The notes under the pieces: model-generated
The model's database searches: none
The model's input: only the letters and a program-made list of their open reading frames with translations
What the model was told of the DNA's origin: nothing
Program-made: the position numbers and the translations under genes
Part shown: positions 38,566 to 52,009 of the stretch, one piece after another
Position numbering within the stretch: the stretch's first letter is position 1
How the letters are laid out: every line of letters begins with the position of its first letter
Origin: Eledone cirrhosa
Lineage: Eukaryota
Length of the DNA: 64,000 nt
Direction of reading: 5' to 3'
Assembly: GCA_964016885.1 (NCBI GenBank)
Contig: OZ024742.1
Coordinates: 263,252,001-263,316,000 of the forward strand

Positions 38566-41500
38566 TCTATATATATATAAATGCAAGTTTACGATTCTGT
38601 GTGTCCGCCTAAAACTAGCAAATTACCGGACCAAACTCTTCAAAATTACATGTACATATTTACTATACACTCGGACAGGTAACGGTCGAAAAAGTTTGAC
38701 TTTGCAAAGCAAGGAATTCATTTAAATTCAATTTATCTTATTTTCTAATGAATATCAAGAGATCATCCATTTTGTTTTTTTATGTTCTCCAGTCTGTAGA
38801 TAAGAGAGTGGGGGATAGGAGAGAGTAAGGGATGAGAGAAAGCGTGGGCGATGGGGGAGAGAATAAGGGGATGAGAGAGAAAGAGAGAGTGAGTGGATGG
38901 GAGAGAGAGAGGGAAAGCTTCCAGCGTCCTTAACTTTTAGTTATTTATTATTTTTACACACTTTTAACTCTCCCACTTCCTTAACGTTATTTATCTTTTC
39001 TTTATTTTTTGTTCTCTATTCCGTAGAGAGAGGGGAGATGTGAGAGAGAAAAAAGAGAGAGAGTAATGGGATGGGAGAGAGAGGGGAAAAGTAGCCACGT
39101 TCATTAACTTTTATTTATTTATTATTTTTACACACTTCTTAACTCTCCCAATGTTATTTATTTTTTATTTATTTTTTGTTTGCTATTCTGTAGAGGATGA
39201 GTGAGAGAAAGAGAGATGAGAAATAGAGATGAGAAAGAGAAAGGGAGTGAGGCGGATGGAGAGAGAAAGACAATAAGAAAAGAGAAAAGATGGGAGAGAG
39301 AAAAAAAGTAAAGAGGCAGGAGAGAGAGAGGGTGATTGGAGGAATTCTTTACCTAACGTGTGTCCGTGTTTATATATTTACACACACGTGTGTGTTATGG
39401 GGGGAGGGGAGCGTTCTTTAGCAGGCGATATATGTTACCATCAAAGCTTATTTTCTACATATGTCTAAAGAAATCACAGATGCTTTTATAGAAGTTGTAT
39501 ATATGTATGTATTTAACAGACAAAAAAAAAACGGTATTTTTAAAAGATATTATTTGAATATATTATTTTCCGCTGTTATTTGAATTAACACAGAAAATAT
39601 TTTGTTTGTAGTGTTTGTCGTTTTTTTGGATACAATCTGAAATCCCAATATGTTCTACATATGTCTAAAATTAATTACACCTAATATACATTCATATAGA
39701 GAGATCATTTAAAACAACTTTACTGAGTGAACAATACATTCTATAGTTGTTTCTATTTCGGAAAGAGTATGGTGTGTAATAATTGTTTCTACTTTTGGCA
39801 CAAGGCCAGCAATTATTCCAGTGCATTACTGGTACTTTATTTTATCGTGTGGTGTGTAATAATTGTTTCTACTTTTGGCACAAGGCCAGCAATTACCCAG
39901 TACATTACTGGTACTTTATTTTATTGACCCCCATAAGGATGAAAGGCAAAGTTAACCTCGGTGGGATTTGAACTCAGTAATAATATCACTTCAAATGCCT
40001 AGAAAACGTTCCAGATCATTATATGGAAGGTCATCTTCAGAGATTTGAAGAAAGTGAAGAAGTTCGGCATGCCCGTCTAGCTGCTAACAGAGCCCAAACA
40101 GCTTTAGCACGAGCACACCGTTTGGATGAAAGGGAACAACAAATTAAGGAACAGCAGCAAATCAGACGAAATACTAATCAAGCACATTGTTCTACTGCCC
40201 GAGCAGGAGAACAAGCCACAAGTAAAATGAACTGGCCGATTGGTGCTTTTTCTTATGACCCCCAAAAGAACTACAGCAGTAATCCACAAATCAACATTGG
40301 GAAAATGAACAAATGCTGCCAGTATTGTGGTGCCAAGAAGTGGGCAGCAGAAACACCAAGTCTATGCTCAAAAGGCAAAGTGAGCCTTAAAATAATACAA
40401 GTACCTCCTGAATTTCTGAAGAATCTGCTCCTTCAGCATACACCAGAAGCACAACACTTCAATAAATACATCATAAAATATAATTCTGCCTTTCAAATGA
40501 CATCTTTTGGGGCTGACAGGAATGTGACTGACAGGAATGTGACTGACTTTAGATTCTGTACAACTTATAAAATTCAGGGACAGTGTTACCACTTAATGGG
40601 TGGCCTTCTGCCACTTTCACAGGAGCCTCACAAATTTCTGCAGGTTTACTTCATCGGTGGAAATGAAACACAGGCACAACAAAGATGTACCAATGTCCAT
40701 GGTGGATTGCAGTTCTACATAGTCATAAAGTTACAAGAAATGCTTCACCAACATCACATGTACGTCAATGTATTTAAATATGCACTGGAGCATATGAACA
40801 ACACCAGAGATCGTAAAATCATCATTAGGGCAGACAAACGCCCAGATTCTGAACATGAACGCAGATTCAATGCACCTGTCACTGATGAAGTTGCAATCAT
40901 AATGGTTGATGAACAGCATGAACGACGTGACATTGTTTTGCAAAAACGAAGTGGACATTTGGAGCGAATTTGTGAAACTCATAGAGCCTATGATTCACTC
41001 CAATATCCGCTCATCTTTTGGAATGGTCAAGATGGATATCATTTTCAGCTACGGCATATCAGCCCAGGAACGGGACAAGAAACTGGCCGATCAATCAGCT
41101 GCAAAGAATTCTATGCTTATCATTTCATGGTACGTGATCACTTCAACCAAGTTCTGCGATTCAAAGAAGTAACCAGCCAGTTCATGGTGGACATGTATGC
41201 CAAAATTGAAACAGAAAGATTGGGTTTTCTGCGAAGGAATCAAACTAAGTTGAGGGCAGATAACTACATCCACCTTAGAGATGCCATCAATTCTGATGTT
41301 GACCCAAGAAATATTGGCCAGCCAGCCAGTCATACTACCATCAAGCTTCACGGGAGGACCACATTACATGCATGAACGTACTCAAAATGGTCGGCCAGAT
41401 CTCTTCATTAAATTTACATGCAATTCAAACTGGTCATAAATATCAAATGAATTATTTCAAAATCAAAAACCAAAGGATCGACATGACCTCATTGCTCGGG

Positions 41501-44500
41501 TTTTCCATGAAAAGCAAAAAAAAACTCATCTGGCTCCTAAAAGAAGGAAGATTCTTTGGTGAGCTTAGTGCTTGGATGACCACTATTGAGTGGCAGAAGA
41601 GAGGTCTTCCTCACTCTCACATACTAATCTGGTGCAAGGAGAAGATAAGACCAGATGATGTTGATAAGATCATTTCAGCAGAGTTGCCTGATAAAGGTGG
41701 TGATCCAGAGCTCTTTGAAACCATCAAGTCTAAACTTATTCATGGTCCATGTGGAGTCATCAATCCAGCCTCTCCCTGCATGAAAAATCAAAAATCCAGC
41801 AAACATTATCCTTGAGCTTTTATTTGGGAAACTTGGACTGACAATAATGGATACCCCCTTTATCGTAGGCGTAGACCAGAACATGGAGGCAATACTGCAA
41901 GCTTAACAGTTCGAGGAGAGGAGCTGACCATAAACAATCAGTGGGTCGTCCCACACAACAAATTGTTGTGTAAACTTTTAAAAGCTGATATCAATGTTGA
42001 GTATTGCAGCTGCGTCAAGGCAATCCTATATGTCACAAAATATATTAACAAGGGCAGTGACATGGCTACCTTTATTACTAACAAGGAACTCAATGATGGT
42101 GGGCAGGATGAGGTCAAACGGTATCAAACAGGTCGATACATCTCCAGCAATGAAGCTATCTGGCGAATCTTTGGATTTGATATCCACGAACACCACCCAA
42201 CAGTGGTCAACCCCGCAGTCCATCTGGAAAATGGACAGAGAGCGTACTTCACTGAGATCACTGTTCATCAGTTGGCACAAGCATCACATGACACTACACT
42301 AACTGCTTTCTTTAAACTCTGCCAGAATGATGAATTTGCTCGATCCCTCCTATATGCTGAAGTCCCAACATACTACACCTGGACCAATTGCAAGACCTGG
42401 AATCGAAGAAAGCAGGGTCATTTAGTGGAAGGTCATGAAGTCAAGTCAAGTGATGCTATTGGGCGTATTTATAATGTCCATCCCAACAACAGAGAATGTT
42501 TATATTTACGGCTACTTCTGCATACTGTTCGAGGACCAACGTCATTTGAGGATCTTAGGTGCTTCAGAGGAAGGGAGTGCGCAACATACCAAGAAGCATG
42601 TAAACAGCATGGACTCCTGCATGACAATGAACACTGGAAGAAGTGCCTGGAAGAAGCAGCAATCACTCAAGTAGCCAGTCAAATAAGACAATTATTTGCT
42701 ATTATGCTCACAGCATGTGGAATTGATGAAGCTCATCTACTCTGGCAGAAGTACAAAAACAATATGTCGGACGACTATCTACACCTAGCCCGAAGACATC
42801 ATGGCAATATGTATAGGATTTACAATCAAGCTCTCTGTAACCTGTCCCATCGAGTTCAGGCAATGAATAGCACATTAGCTAACTGTGGGATGCCAGAGCC
42901 AGATGAAGAAATGGAGGTAGCACAAGACATTTTTCAGGAGACAAACTACGATATTTAAGCATTGCGTAAGTTTGTGGATGAAAATGAACCTCGATTGATG
43001 GATGACCAGAAATATGCCTACCACAACATCATCGAAAACATTCAAAATGACAGGGGAGGACTTTTCTTCATCGATGCTCCTGCTGGCACAGACAAGACAT
43101 TCCTCATAAACCTCCTGCTTGCAAAAGTTCGCCAAAAGCAACATATTGCCCTTGCTGTGGCTTCAAGTGGCATTGCAGCAACACTTCTGGATGGAGGAAG
43201 AACTGCGCACTCCATGTTTAAGCTGCCCATAGATCTCACACGGCATGAACAATCCTTTTGCAACATCAAGAACAACTCACCCAAGGGCAAGCTTCTGCAA
43301 ACATGCAAGATGATAATTTGGGATGAAGCTACTATGAGCCATAAGGGAGCAATTGAAGCTTTGGACCGGACAATAAGGGATCTGAGAGAAAATAGTTGCA
43401 TAATGGGAAGAGTGACAATGGTTCTTGCTGGTGATTTCAGACAAACTCTGCCTGTAATTCTTCGAGGGACTCGAGCTGATCAGGTCAATGCCTGTCTGAA
43501 AACATCCTATCTCTGGCCCCACTTTCAGCTGCTGAGCCTTACAACCAACATGCGAGTGCACTTAACTGGTGATGAAGGTGTCAGTGAGTTTGCCATCCAA
43601 CTACTTAAATTGGGAAATGGACTTCTTGAAAAGGACTCCAATGACCATATTCAGTTGTCATTTGGCCATATCATTGACACAGAACAAGAACTGATTGCCA
43701 GAGTGTTTCCAAACATTCAGACCAGGCAATGTGATCCGAAATGGCTTTGTGAAAGAGCAATCTTAACACCTAAAAATGTTGCTGTGAAAGAAATCAACAG
43801 AAGGCTGCTGGTGATGTTACCGGGAGAGAAAATATGCTACAAATCAGTTGACACAATCACTTCTCAAGACCAAGTTGTAAACTATCCAACTGAATTTCTG
43901 AACAGTCTTGAACAAGCGGGAATTCCTCCACAGAACCTGATAATGAAGCTTGGAGCATCAGTTATGCTACTTCGCAATCTGGATCCTCCAAAACTTTGTA
44001 ATGGCACAAGACTCATCATCAAAAATATGATGTCCAATGTTCTAGAAGTTGCAATCATGTCAGGAAAATTTGCTGGTGACAATTGTTTGATTCCCAGAAT
44101 ACTTCTGAAGCCAACTTATTTGCCATTTGAATTTCAAAGACTTCAATTTCCGATCAGGCTCAGTTTTGCCATGACCATTAATAAATCTCAAGGGCAATCA
44201 TTGAAAGTCATTGGCTTGAATCTGGCAGATTCTGTCTTTTCACATCGTCAACTCTATGTTGGCACAACAAGGGTTGGGAACCCTGATTGTCTCTTCATTG
44301 TGGCACCACAGAGCAAAACCAAGAATGTTGTTTATCCAGAGGCTTTGGAATGAGCAATGTCGTAATTCCTCATTCAATGACAATACACACATATCCTAAT
44401 TCCTTAGTCATGTAGTTTGCAAGGAATTCTGAAGCCGCAAATTTACTGCATGGTGTTACTTTGGAAGAATATGCAGGCATTCCCGGGTATCTCTGCTATA

Positions 44501-45298
44501 TAAAGTAGTATAAGTGAGGACTTTGTTGGGTAGAAATAGCAGCCAAATTTCCTTCACATCCCACCTTACTTTCTCAGGTATGTATATATGTATGAAGCAA
44601 AAAGGAATGGTTATATGTGATAACTCGATCTACTAGAAATATTAGCAAAATCCATTTCAAATCACAAACAACTGTCTTACACACATACATGTGTGTGTAT
44701 GTCATATGAACCACTCTAACTGTTGGTATAGCTAATAGAAATAGAAAACAAATCTCCCTCAAACAAGATCCTACTGCCATAGAGGCAAAGATTGGTGAAA
44801 GCTAGTGTACAAATTTAAATACACTTTCCCCGAATTACAGAAATGAGTAAGTAAATGCTTCATTCAATCATAAACCAATGCTAAATTTATTTTCTTATTT
44901 TATTTATGGTTTTTAAAATAGTCTTTACATGTTTGAATTTCAGAGGTTCAGATTGAGCAAAAAAAGAAAAAAAAAAAAAAGAAAGAAAAGGATAAATGAA
45001 AAAAATCTAAATCTATTTTTTTGGTCATGTCCATTTCACTGATAAAATACCTAATGATTGATCTATGAGTAAAGCATTATATACGCTGGCTGTAATAGGG
45101 AGCAGTATTCAAAAAATCACCACTGGAAAAAACTAATATTTTTATCTAGATGATTTACTTTGACAAAACGGCAATAAATATTCTGCTATAATTCCTACTT
45201 TGGTTAAAATTCAGCAATCATATTTGAATGGTCACATATTTTGTAATGTGTGCCAAATATATTGTAACTTTCATAAAATACCCGGGTATCACAGCTAG
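38566..45298 (+). mobile_element. Helitron, near full length, decayed
   Basis: A|TC 5' end at 38566 (tctatatatatataaatg...gtgtgtccg...accggacc). 3' end has a 12-bp palindrome atacccgggtat (45278-45289) then CTAG|T at 45295-45298. GA-rich subterminal repeats at 38800-39330. Confidence 0.7.
39995..44353 (+). pseudogene. Helitron RepHel transposase (HUH Rep plus Pif1-family helicase), disrupted
   Basis: MPRKR start, zinc motif CQYCGAKKW, Rep motifs DLFIKFTCN, EWQKRGLPHSH and YVTKY. Helicase motifs DAPAGTDKT (Walker A G->D), IIWDEATM, GDFRQ and TINKSQGQS. Several frameshifts, and stops at 41813 and 42956. Confidence 0.92.
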
Positions 45299-45315
45299 TA
45301 TACATATATAATATA

Positions 45316-46777
45316 TAGTGATACCTTGAGATACGAGTTTAATTCGTTCCGTGACCGAGCTCATAACTCAAATCAATTTTTCCCCATTGAAATTAACTGA
45401 AATGCTATTAATCCGTTCTGACCCCCCAAAGCCACACCAATTTATTTATGTTACGTGTTTTTAATAAGCAAAATATACTTTATAAATAACAAATAATGTA
45501 TAATGAAATAATAACATAATAAAAGAGAATGTAAAGAAATAAACTGGATTTATTAAGTGTATTTTACCTTCAAGATGAGACGAAAAAGCTGTCGGTGGTG
45601 AAGGAGATTGGCAGAGTGATTCCGAGTGATATACGAGCAGCGGTTTAATCTTTAAATCGCCACTCGTATTTGCACACAGTGCAAGGGTCAACCTATCCTT
45701 CATAGGTTTGTGGCCTGGCACGCTCTTCTCCTCTGCTGTTATGTACGTTCTCTTTGGTATCTTTTTCCAAAATAGCCCTGTCTCGTCACAGTTTAAGACT
45801 TGCTGGGGGATGAATCCTTTGGCTTCTACCAGTTCACCAAAAAATAAAGTAAATTCTTCAGCTGCCTTAAAATCTGAGCTTGCAGCCTCACCATGCTTGA
45901 CGACGGAGTGAACGCCAGTCCTCTTTTTAAAATTATCAAACCATCCCCGACTGGCTTTGAATGACTCTTCCAATGCCTCGTCCGAGGATGATCTCGTCGT
46001 CTGCCGCACCAAATCTAAATAAATAACACGTGCCTTCTCACAGATGATGGTCTCGGTTACGGTATCTCCAGCGAGCTGCTTCTCGGTCAACCACCCCAAC
46101 AGCAACTTTTCCATCTCTTCATGGACAGAGGTCCGGAGCTTAGAAATTATCTTAATACCCTTGGTTGGTGTCATAGCCTTTATTAAATCCTTTTGTTTCA
46201 AAATAGTACATATTGTAGAAGTACTACGATCGTACTCCTTTGCCAAGTCAGTAACACGCACACCACGCTCATGTTTGTCTACGATTTCGTGCTTAATATC
46301 CATAGACATCATCCTTTTCTTTTTCTCGCCAGTGTTCTTGGCACTCACTTTCTTAGGACACATGGTTGAAACTAAGATTTTTATCGAAATAAACCAAAAG
46401 CAAGTAAAATTACAACAACAACACAACAGAGATGGATGCGCGCCGAGGTTGCCACGTGGACTGGCCGCTCTCAGGGTTACTGAATTAATTTCGCCCGGTG
46501 AACCCCAACGAAAGTTACTCCCGTCATTTATATCCGTAAAGTGACTAAAACAAATGTAATATATTTACGGTTAGGGTTAATTAATAACTAATCTTTAGTC
46601 ACTTTACGGATATAAACAACGGGAGTAACTTTGATTGGGTTCACCGGGCGAAATTAATTCTGCCACCCCTCTCAGGCACCCGCTAGCTCGTATCACAAGG
46701 CAAAAAAATAGCCGAGTGCTGGCTCGTATCTAAAAAAAACACGTATGTCGGTTCACTCCTATCTCAAGGTATCACTG
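45316..46777 (-). mobile_element. Tigger/pogo DNA transposon, internally deleted
   Basis: TIR (c/t)agtgataccttgagata-gagt at both ends with TA flanks. ORF from MCPKK has CENP-B-type HTHs, FKASRGWFDNFKKR, NCDETGLFWK and KDRLTL, then breaks off. Confidence 0.9.
46475..46667. mobile_element. Palindromic MITE nested in the Tigger, Merlin-like
   Basis: TIRs of about 75 bp starting GGT-(A/G)C-GAATTAATTTCGCCCGGTGAACCC; flanking 8-mers gctctcag / cctctcag (7/8 match). Confidence 0.65.
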
Positions 46778-46897
46778 TATATATATATATATAATATATA
46801 TATATAATTATATAATTATATATAAATATATAATTATATATAATTATATAATTATATATAATTATATAATTATATATAAATATATATATAAATATAT

Positions 46898-47422
46898 ATA
46901 TTGTTATACTTTGGGAGGGTCATGTTGCCAATAAGAAACACACGCACCAGTTGCTTTCACTTCAATTTAATTTAATATATATTTATAAATTTACAAATTT
47001 ATAAATTTCTGGTTGGTTGGTTGGTTCCACAACCAGATAGTTGTTTATATATATATAGTCATAGTTCTTTCGTCACACACTCTGTGACCTCTTCAGTGAC
47101 TGGGGATTTCTTTCTTCGTTTCTGTGCCTTTCCTTTCTTAGAAACGAAGAAAGAAATCCCCAGTCACTGAAGAGGTCACAGAGTGTGTGACGAAAGAACT
47201 ATGACTATATATATATAAACAACTATCTGGTTGTGGAACCAACCAACCAACCAGAAATTTATAAATTTGTAAATTTATAAATATATATTAAATTAAATTG
47301 AAGTGAAAGCAACTGGTGCGTGTGTTTCTTATTGGCAACATGACCCTCCCAAAGTATAACAATATCGGTTTCAACACACGATTTCAGATAAAGAATCTTG
47401 CTAAACAAATTCAGAAACGAAA
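46898..47422 (+). mobile_element. Penelope-like fold-back repeat with paired minimal hammerhead motifs
   Basis: Apparently perfect arms of about 226 bp (46898-47123 / 47140-47365), a 16-nt loop, and a 3' extension shared with 20391-20448. Confidence 0.7.
47162..47206 (+). ncRNA. Minimal type I hammerhead ribozyme motif (mirror copy on - strand near 47057-47101)
   Basis: Stem I AGTCA/TGACT, core CTGAAGA, one extra G, stem II GTCACA/TGTGAC, GAAA, vestigial stem III, CUA cleavage triplet. Confidence 0.55.
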
Positions 47423-48960
<1,538 letters not shown>

Positions 48961-49328
48961 TAAGTCGTTTGGAAGCCTCGACAATGCAAATGGGTAAATC
49001 TCCGGGTAACAAGGTCCGGTGGTGGAGAGAGAGATGTAAGTGGGTGTACGTTGAGATGCGTGGTGTGTATAAGATGTGTGAGATGTGTAGAATGGAGGGA
49101 AGAGTAAAAGGATAAAAATAAAAATAACAACACAAGAGAGAGTTACCTTGGGAGAGATTTAATAGTCCCTATATATTTCGGATTCACATCCATCAACTGG
49201 GGTTTTTTTCCGGGGTGGGGGAAAAGGTTGTCTGCTGATTTGAATATCAAATCAGCAAACAGCGAAAGACGCCTTCCGGACTTGTCCGACAGACAACCTT
49301 TTCCCCCACCCCGGAAAAAAACCTCCAG

Positions 49329-49783
<455 letters not shown>

Positions 49784-49872
49784 TATATAAATATATATAT
49801 AAATATATATAAATATATATATATATAAATATATATATATAAATATATATATATATAAATATATATATAAAT

Positions 49873-49944
<72 letters not shown>

Positions 49945-50140
49945 GAAACAGTCAGCAAGGTTAGAATTAACAACAAATATAGTGAAGAGTTTAGCGTAAA
50001 AGTTGGTGTTCATCAGGGCTCTGTTCTTAGTCCCCTACTATTTATTATTGCCCTTCAGGCTATAACAGTGGAGTTCAAGACTGGCTGCCCATGGGAACTC
50101 CTATACGCAGATGATCTAACGCTCATAGCTGAATCAATGG
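49945..50140 (+). mobile_element. RTE RT core fragment
   Basis: [40 protein letters not shown]. Confidence 0.8.
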
Positions 50141-50318
50141 CACTTTACGGATATAAACGACGGGAGTAACTTTGATTGGGTTCACCGGGCGAAATTAATT
50201 CTGCCACCCCTCTCAGGCACTCGCTAGCTCGTATCACAAGGCAAAAAAATAGCCGAGTGCTGGCTCATATATAAAAAAAACACGTATGTCGGTTCATTCG
50301 TATCTCAAGGTATCACTG
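50141..50318 (-). mobile_element. Second copy of the Tigger 5' end with half of the nested MITE
   Basis: Nearly identical to 46600-46777. Confidence 0.85.
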
Positions 50319-50412
50319 TATATATATATAGTATATATATATAATTATATAAATATATAAATATATATAATTATATAAATATATATAATTATATAAATAT
50401 ATATATATATAA

Positions 50413-50509
<97 letters not shown>

Positions 50510-50706
50510 TATATATATATAAATATATAAGTATATATATATATAAATATATATATATATAAATATATATATATATAAATTTATATATATATAAATATAT
50601 ATAAATATATATATATATATAAATATATATATAAATATATATATATAAATATAAATATATATATAAATATATATATATAAATATAAATATATATAAATAT
50701 ATATAT

Positions 50707-50738
<32 letters not shown>

Positions 50739-51139
50739 ATATAATATATATAAATATAAATATATATAAATATATATAAATATAAATATATATAAATATA
50801 AATATATATAAATATATATAAATATAAATATATATAAATATATAAATATATATAAATATATAAATATATATATATATAAATATATAAATATATATAAATA
50901 TATAAATATATATAAATATATAAATATATATAAATATATAAATATATAAATATATATATATATAAATATATAAATATATATAAATATATAAATATATAAA
51001 TATATAAATATATATAAATATATAAATATATATAAATATATAAATATATATAAATATATAAATATATAAATATATATATATATAAATATATAAATATAAA
51101 TATATATAAATATAAATATATATAAATATATATAAATAT

Positions 51140-51339
51140 NNNNNNNNNNNNNNNNNNNNNNNNNNNNNNNNNNNNNNNNNNNNNNNNNNNNNNNNNNNNN
51201 NNNNNNNNNNNNNNNNNNNNNNNNNNNNNNNNNNNNNNNNNNNNNNNNNNNNNNNNNNNNNNNNNNNNNNNNNNNNNNNNNNNNNNNNNNNNNNNNNNNN
51301 NNNNNNNNNNNNNNNNNNNNNNNNNNNNNNNNNNNNNNN
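51140..51339. other. Assembly gap (200 N)
   Basis: Run of n. Confidence 1.
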
Positions 51340-51396
51340 TATACATATGTGTATGTGTGTGTATATGTATATCTCAGTGGATGCGACCAGATTTCA

Positions 51397-51832
51397 ACAC
51401 AGCAACAACTACAACAACAACAGCAGCAACACCAACAACAACAACAACAACAGCAACAACACCATCGTCTGTGTTGAATGTGTGTGTATGTATTTGTATA
51501 TATGCGACAGCAATAACAGCATCAACACCATTGTCTGCAGCAACAGCAGCAGTGAAATGAAGGACAACAACAACAGTAACAACTACAATAACAACTACAG
51601 CACCAACAACTGCCACCACCATCACTGACCATCCACCACCACCACGCTGATACCATCCACCACCACCACACTGACACCATCCACCACCGCCATTACCAGC
51701 GTAAACAAACAATTATTATTGTTATTGTTATTATATACAAGCCGAACTGGACTGGGAAAGGTCAACAGTTGACATGATAGTGATTTTGACGATTTTGATT
51801 TTGATTTTGATTTTGACTTTGATTTTGATTTT
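51397..51832. repeat. Imperfect (CAA/CAG)n, (CCA)n and (GATTTT)n simple repeats
   Basis: Seen directly. Confidence 0.85.
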
Positions 51833-52009
51833 GTATCAGTACTGTCGGTAATATATGTATATATATATATGTTTGTGAGTGGTGTGCGTGATTGTATGCA
51901 TGAATGAGTGTTGGTATGTGTGGTTGTGGTTTGTATGCATGAGTATTAGTGTGTGAGTCGTGTCAATAAGTTTCCTTTTTTTTTTTTTTTTTTTTTTTTT
52001 TAATGACCA

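Noticed and set aside
42962-44353. Cellular PIF1 helicase gene
   Set aside because: Intronless, preceded by HUH Rep motifs and bounded by Helitron ends, with a degenerate Walker A.
51347-51712. Poly-Asn/Thr/His ORFs
   Set aside because: Imperfect trinucleotide repeats with no splice or domain support.
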